Assembly (NCBI RefSeq): GCF_009914755.1
Contig: NC_060928.1
Source of the DNA: the human T2T-CHM13v2.0 reference genome, Homo sapiens
DNA length: 64,000 bases
Direction: 5' to 3' (one strand)
Shown: positions 57,946 through 64,000 of the stretch, piece after piece
Layout of the letters: each line of letters begins with the position of its first letter
Position numbering within the stretch: position 1 is the stretch's first letter
Notes under the pieces: generated by a model
Told to the model about the DNA's origin: nothing
What the model saw: only the letters and a program-made list of their open reading frames with translations
Databases searched by the model: none
Translations under genes and position numbers: made by a program

Positions 57946-59727
57946 TTAGTCACTATTATTTAGGTTGTTATTTTTATTGCTGCTCTAGTTAGACACCCAA
58001 GCTTAGTACCTGGCTTAGTGTAGTTGCACATTAGATATTAAATTTCAGTCACTCAGGGCCATTATAGTTTGTGCACTGTAGATGTTGAAAATGGTCTCAG
58101 AGAGTACTCAACTATGGTTGAGATTACTATATTTTATTAAAAGTTTATCAGCTGTATGCCAAGAAATACTGAATCGACCAGGTCTTTTGGGATTGTTTGG
58201 AAATTTAGGGGCTCCCTAGAATAACTCAGAGCTGTGAGTCATGGATAATGAGTGGAAGTGATATTTATAGAGCCAGAATCCTGGTCAAATTTCTCCATAA
58301 CTTGTCACAAAAATGTTTTTTAAGCTCAGTTAATTTACATGTAACAAATGCAAATTCAGGATATTTGATATTATCTGATAATGACAAGCCATTCTTTGAT
58401 ATATGAGAAATGGAGGCAGAGAAAGGTTAAATTATTTCCTATTGTTAAAAAGAAGTTCAAGTGAATTCAAGGCAAATTAAACTCAGTACTCCCACCAATA
58501 TATTCACACCCCAGAGGACAGAGAACACCAAAAGGATTTGAATGTGTTCTCCAGAGTGGGTGTGTGGTCTGTTTTGACAAATGTGCTTGGCCATGGGAGT
58601 TATGTCCTCTCCCTTAGATTAATTGGCATTCTTTTCTGCCTTGTGAATCGTAGGTGCTCCCTCTGTGGCACAACTGTCATTTCTTTGGCTAAACACACAC
58701 AAGGAGAGCAATAGTAGCTGCTGGACCTCCAATTATCCACAGAAACATCTCCATCAGGAGGCAACTCCATAGGGAATTTACCATCTAATTCCAAAAGAGA
58801 GTTGGGAAAGAAGTTTGTTTGGTACAGTCACCAAAGCAGTGGTGGCCAAACCTTCAGTGGACACCTGGGGTGGGGAAGAAACAGAATCCAGAATTCCTGA
58901 GCCCCATTTCAGGCACTGGAGGAGACAGAAATCCTTTCGCTTTTGCTGCCATGTTTGTCCACATGGGGATTCCTGTTTCAGTGTCCTTTTTGGCCCCTGG
59001 GAGCACTAGTACTCCATTACCTGATTGTTAACCATAATTTTTATCCTACTTTAAAAAATGGGACATCTAGGAAGAAATATTTTCTTTGTGTGTAATTTTC
59101 AATTCTCCTGTGTCCAGTTGCCTAAACACTCTCCACTTAGAATGATTGCCTTTTTTTTAAAAAAAAAAAGCTTCCTTGCATTTTTAAATGACCTGGTCTC
59201 TTGGTCAGGATTCTTTGACTACTAAAGACAGAAAACAAACTTGAAATAGTTTTAACACCAGGAGAAATGTATTGGCTCATATGAGCAAACTATGGGAAGG
59301 ATTGGCAGGTAGCTTAATTGTCCATTGTATCTGATATTTGATATTGCAAAAAGTTTTCTTATCTTCTTCTTTGTGGTTTCTCTTTGATTTCTTTTTCCCT
59401 TGTGATGAATTCTCTTCTCCACTCTTCAGATTGCCTGGTTCTGGTTTGCCTGTAGTTTTGTTGCTTGTCCCAGAGGTTTCATCTAAGTCACAGTTGCAGT
59501 ATCTTCACTTGCTCTACTTGACGACTGTCATGACAGGGGTCCTAATATGTGTATGTTGTCATTACCTGCAGTTTCTTCTCTTATAAAAGGTCTGCATTCC
59601 TGTTTTCTGTCTCTGGAAATTATCTCCTCATCAATCCTTTTGAAAGTCTTTGTGGAATGACCCATTTAAAGATAATTCCTGAAACTTTTATTCTATGATG
59701 AAGCAAATTTTTCTCTTTTAGTGTAGC

Positions 59728-59975
59728 CTGGGAGCTACAGCCCCAGACTCCATCTTTCTATTCTAAGGATTATTCACCTAAGGATGAATTAGATCTGAAG
59801 AATATTCTACATACTGTCTCAGAGGATCCCCAGCAGGATGGTGTCCCAGCTGCCCAGAGCAGTCCCCTGCTCCGTAAGCACCCTTGATTGGTGTTATTCC
59901 TTCCCTATCTGGCCTTTGCATGCCTTCACTATGGATCCTTGAATCATTTCTGCCAAAACTACTTTCACTTTAATC
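59728..59975 (+). repeat. Left arm of a 248-bp inverted repeat (duplicated LTR16-like sequence)
   Basis: Reverse complement of 60494-60741 with 16 substitutions and no gaps (hand alignment). Confidence 0.95.
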
Positions 59976-60449
59976 TACTTTCACTTTCCTGTCATTATGT
60001 TTCCTTCTAGTACTTTTATGATTTTATTTATACATAGTGTATAATTTTTCCTTTTTGCATGTGAATTCCTTTTCACATTGCTTACATTTTGTATATTTAA
60101 TAAATAATCATATCCCCAGCAGTTCTATTATATATAATCCATGTCCCACTGGAGAAAAGGCCCCACAGAGATTTATTCTCATGTCCTAACCACTTGCAGA
60201 CCCAGTAGCTGTTTGAATCAGGAGTGGCAGAGCAAAAAGGTTTAGTAGTGGAGGGGAGGGGAGCCACCTTTGTTCTGACTTTCCAAGAAAGCCCTTGATG
60301 AAGCTTATCTAAAGTTCCATCCAGGGATCTATTCATCATAAACTTCCACTTGTCCCACTTGCCCAACTGGATCATGTGTTGCCTTAGCAATAATATATAG
60401 AAATTACTCTAAATTTTAAAAAAAAAAAAAAAAAAAAAAAGTGATATTG

Positions 60450-60810
60450 TCTGTCTTGGCACAGAAGCTCCCAAGAGCAGACCCTGAGACAAGGATTAAA
60501 GTGAAAGTAGTTTTGGCAGAAATGATTCAAGGATCCATAGTGAAGACATGCAGAAGCCAGATAGGGAAGGAATAACGCCAGTGAAGGGTGCTTACGGAGC
60601 GGGGGACTGCCCTGGGCAGCTGGGACAACATCCTGCTGCGGATCTTCTGAGAGAGTACGTAGAATATTCTTCAGATCTAATTCATCCTTAGGTGAATAAT
60701 CCTTAGAATAGAAAGCTGGAGGCTGGGGCTATAGCTCCCAGAACTTTCAGTCACCCTGCATGCATGGGCAAAGTATGTTTCTATTATCTGAGAATTCCTC
60801 CAAGCAGAGA
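60450..60810 (-). mobile_element. LTR16-like ERVL LTR fragment containing the right arm (60494-60741) of the inverted repeat
   Basis: gcagaccctgagacaaggattaaagtgaaagtagtt...cagatagggaagga resembles the LTR16 terminal region. Confidence 0.65.
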
Positions 60811-60944
60811 AGTATTTTTGTTTTCATTCTTTTGGATTTAACTTTATTTTCTGAATGATACATCATTTACATGGGATAAAAGTAAAAACTGTATAAAAGG
60901 GTATATGCAAAGAAGTCTCCCTTCTATCTATAACTTCTTCATCC

Positions 60945-61083
60945 TATATCCACTCTATGCAGGTAATCTTTTTTTTTTTTTTTGGCATGGGGGGAGGTTT
61001 GGGTTGTGCAAAATAAACTATACCCACTCTATACAGGTAATCATTGTTTTTGAGAAGGAGTTTGGGTTGTGCAAAATAAACTA
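60945..61083. repeat. Imperfect tandem duplication (~65-75 bp, 2 copies)
   Basis: ccactctat(g/a)caggtaatc ... gtttgggttgtgcaaaataaacta occurs twice. Confidence 0.85.
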
Positions 61084-61578
61084 GGACATATATATATATA
61101 TATATTCTTATTCTTTTTTATTACACAAAAAGTAGGATGTTATACACACTCAGCTGTCTCTCTTTTTCAATTGACCATATGTCCATAAATCATTCCATTA
61201 GCTGTTTCCAGAACTCTTCCTAGTTCTTTCTTTATAGTTTCATAATATTTCCTTGTGTGGTGTATCCTAGTTTTTTTCTGTCAGTCTCCTATGGATGGGC
61301 GTTTATGCTATTTTCATCTATTACTATTACAAAATAATGGTAGAATTAATCATGAACATATGTTGTTGGATAATTTTAGAGGTGAATCTTTAAGGTAAAC
61401 TGTCAGAAGTGTCATTGCTTAGGTAAATGCCTATAGTTTTTGTCAATATTGACATATTCTGAACTCTAGGGTTATACAATATTGTACTTCCCCATCAATA
61501 CGTAACAGTGTTTCTGCTTAGCCCTGCCAATGGAGGGTGCTGTCAAACTTGAACATCTTTGCCTATTTAATATGTGTA

Positions 61579-62112
61579 CAGCAGGACCTGGAATAACATC
61601 TTTTTATTACAAGGCTGATGAGAAAAAAAAAATTCCCAGCCAGGGCCATTGTCTATGTGATGTTTGCACATTCTTCCCAGGTCTGCTGGTTTTCTGCAGG
61701 TACTCTGGTTTCCTCCAGCACCCCAAAGATGTGCACACTAGGTGAATGGGCATGTCGACATAGTCCCAGTCTAAGTGAGTGTGGGTGTGAGAGTGCACCT
61801 GTGAAGGAAGGTCTGTTATCCAGATCTGGTCCCTACCTTGAGCACTGAGTTGCCTGGATAAGCTCTGGCCACCTGCATCCCTGAACTAGAATAATTGTGT
61901 AAATAATTATCTTACTTGTTTTTATCAATATTTCTTAAATATATGTCTAACTCATATTTGTTTCAATGTTTTTGGGACCAGAAGTATGCCATAGAAATTT
62001 AACTCTTGTTTATATCAATTAACCTACAGTAAAATTGGTTTTAGTATATGTTGTTTCACTTAAAGTTGCAGTTTCCAAGAACCTATGGAAGATGTTAAGT
62101 GAGGACTTACTG
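61579..62112 (+). mobile_element. MER6A TcMar-Tigger DNA transposon
   Basis: TIRs cagcaggacct...aataacatc and gatgttaagtgaggacttactg flanked by TA target duplications (61577-61578, 62113-62114); internal tttgcacattcttccc...ctctggtttcctcc. Confidence 0.85.
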
Positions 62113-62857
62113 TAGTCATAATTTTAATTTCTCTTATTTTGAGAATTGCATATTTTCTTATGTTTAAGGGCCAAGAAATTTGTATGTATTTTTTTAAAAC
62201 TTTGTATTTCATCTTTTTTTTTTCTATTGAGATTTTGTGGGTTTTTTTCTTAATTTTTGAAGAGCTTTTATCTATTAAAGTTTTAAAGATTTAGTCTTTA
62301 TGTTTGGGATACATGTTGCAGATGTTTTCTTCATTTTTAGTCTTTTGACTTTTCTTTAGCCATACAGAAGTTTCTGCCTCCCTGCCCCCAACTTTTAATT
62401 TTATGGTATGTAATTGATTGGTCTTTCCTTGGATCTGGATTATAAGTCATAGCTGTAAGGGCTTTCCTGTAATTATGTCTCCTGCTAATACTTTTATGAT
62501 TTTATTTTTTTAAATTTAGATATATAATTCATTTGTAGTTTACTCTGGTATGTAGTGTGAGATATGGATCCACTTTTATGTTTTTCCTAATAGCTTTCCA
62601 GTTTCCCCAACCTCAGTTTTCCATCTCTCCTTTTCCTTCAGTGAGTTGAGCTGACACTTTTATCATGTAACAAGTTTCCACAGCACTTGGTCCATTTCGG
62701 GATTTTCCCTTTTGTTCTGTTGGTCTATCTGCCTATACCTGTGTCAGTGGCTCACTGTTTTAAATATACAAATTTCATAGTACATTTAAATCTGTATATA
62801 GGGCAGTGTTAGCTCATTCACCATTATATGTGAGTTAATAAAACATTTTTTCACCTA

Positions 62858-62928
62858 TCCCTTATTTTTAAACAAATAGCCCCCTTTATTTTAAACAAAT
62901 AGCCCCCCTCTCATTTTAAGCAAGTAGA
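62858..62928. repeat. ~24-bp tandem repeat, about 3 copies
   Basis: ttttaaacaaatagccccc twice, followed by ttttaagcaagtag. Confidence 0.8.
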
Positions 62929-64000
62929 ATTATCATATTTTTTCTGAACAGTATATAATTGTGGACATTTTTATGACTCCTTGCCAAAAATACTGATTTG
63001 CTAAATTGTTTTAAAACATGGGGCAACTGATATAACAGTTGTCACAAAATTTAACAATTTAAAATTTTTTTAACATTTAAATTTCAAAAATTATTAATAG
63101 CCTAAAAGCTAACCAGTTTGCATTTCTTTAATTGTTCAAAAGATTACACGTTTTCTTATATGCTTGTTAATTAGTTATCATTTCTTCTTTTGTGACTTGC
63201 TTTTCATGTTGCCTTGACATTTTAGTGTTTTCTTATTAATTTATATGAACATGTGTATAAAAATACTATTCCTTCATCAATCATGCTTAGTGCAATGCTT
63301 ACCCGGTTTAATAAATTTTTAATGTTATTTGTGGGTTTTTTTGACAGGCTAATATTTTGACTTTTAGGTTGAAAAACTCTGACTCTGCTTTTATTATTTC
63401 AGTAGTCATTTCTAAAATTATTCCACATTTAGAGGGTCAATATATAATTTTATGTGAATACGTAATATTTCTTTAAAACGTAAGAAGAATTCTAACTTGC
63501 CTAGTGATCTAATGTAGGTTTGCAGCAGTAAATTAGAAGGCAGAAGGGGTGTCACAGGCAAGCACACTGACAACTTTAAGAAGTGACATCTAGTGAAAGG
63601 ACAAGAGACTTTCTAAAAATATCACACAGAAATCCTCAAAATTATAGCAATCTAAGGCCATTGAAGTTAGGACAAACAAACCTCAAAGTGCCCAAAACTA
63701 ATATCCATAAAGCAATTGCAGAGTTATTATGAAAATATTAAATGACATTCAGTATATCATGAGGAAGAAGCAAAATAATATGTAAGGTGTTTTTGGAGGC
63801 ATTTCCAGCTCAGATAATTAAATATGAAAAAGAATTGGTGCTTAGAGGCAGAAAATCTTTAGCTAACTAGGAAAATTGACTATGAAGAATGATTTGTTCC
63901 CAAGGGTTTTCTAGTTAGATGACATTTTATAAAAATTATTTGTTATTTCTTTTTTAAAAAAAATTTATTTATTTATATTTTCATAAGTTATTTGGGGTAC

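Larger units (their letters stand above)
60830..63450 (-). mobile_element. Old L1M (L1ME-type) fragments, interrupted by MER6A
   Basis: cagtctcctatggatgggcgttta...ttttcatc; gtcattgcttaggtaa; gtagtgtgagatatggatccac... Confidence 0.6.

Noticed and set aside
63965-64000. Possible L1PB/L1MA 3' end at the window edge
   Set aside because: Too little sequence to call

Overview
Primate (almost certainly human) genomic DNA with no prokaryotic features and no intact protein-coding exon. About 20 kb of repeat-rich upstream sequence leads into a CpG-island promoter and a non-coding first exon (~20775-21183, donor AAG|GTAGGT). I recognise this exon from memory as exon 1 of ARHGAP24 (FilGAP, + strand); the identification has not been checked by alignment. 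The remaining ~43 kb is intron. Mobile elements include about 16 Alu copies or fragments, a full-length but dead L1PA (about L1PA6, - strand, 46320-52488), shorter L1, L2 and MIR pieces, LTRs (MER50, MLT1, LTR16-like) and DNA transposons (MER5A, MER20, Charlie1/MER33-like, MER6A). The most unusual structure is a gap-free 248-bp inverted duplication of an ancient LTR16-like sequence (59728-59975 / 60494-60741, 16 mismatches by hand count, 518-bp spacer). Also notable: a stop-free 5'UTR frame possibly continuous with the main CDS, a G4/Z-DNA/AT-rich cassette just behind the first donor, an L1 antisense promoter with a mutated YY1 site pointing into the gene, and a ~770-bp palindromic AT-rich minisatellite. 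I see no evidence for a new multi-gene system. Repeat family names are from memory of consensus sequences, not from a RepeatMasker run.
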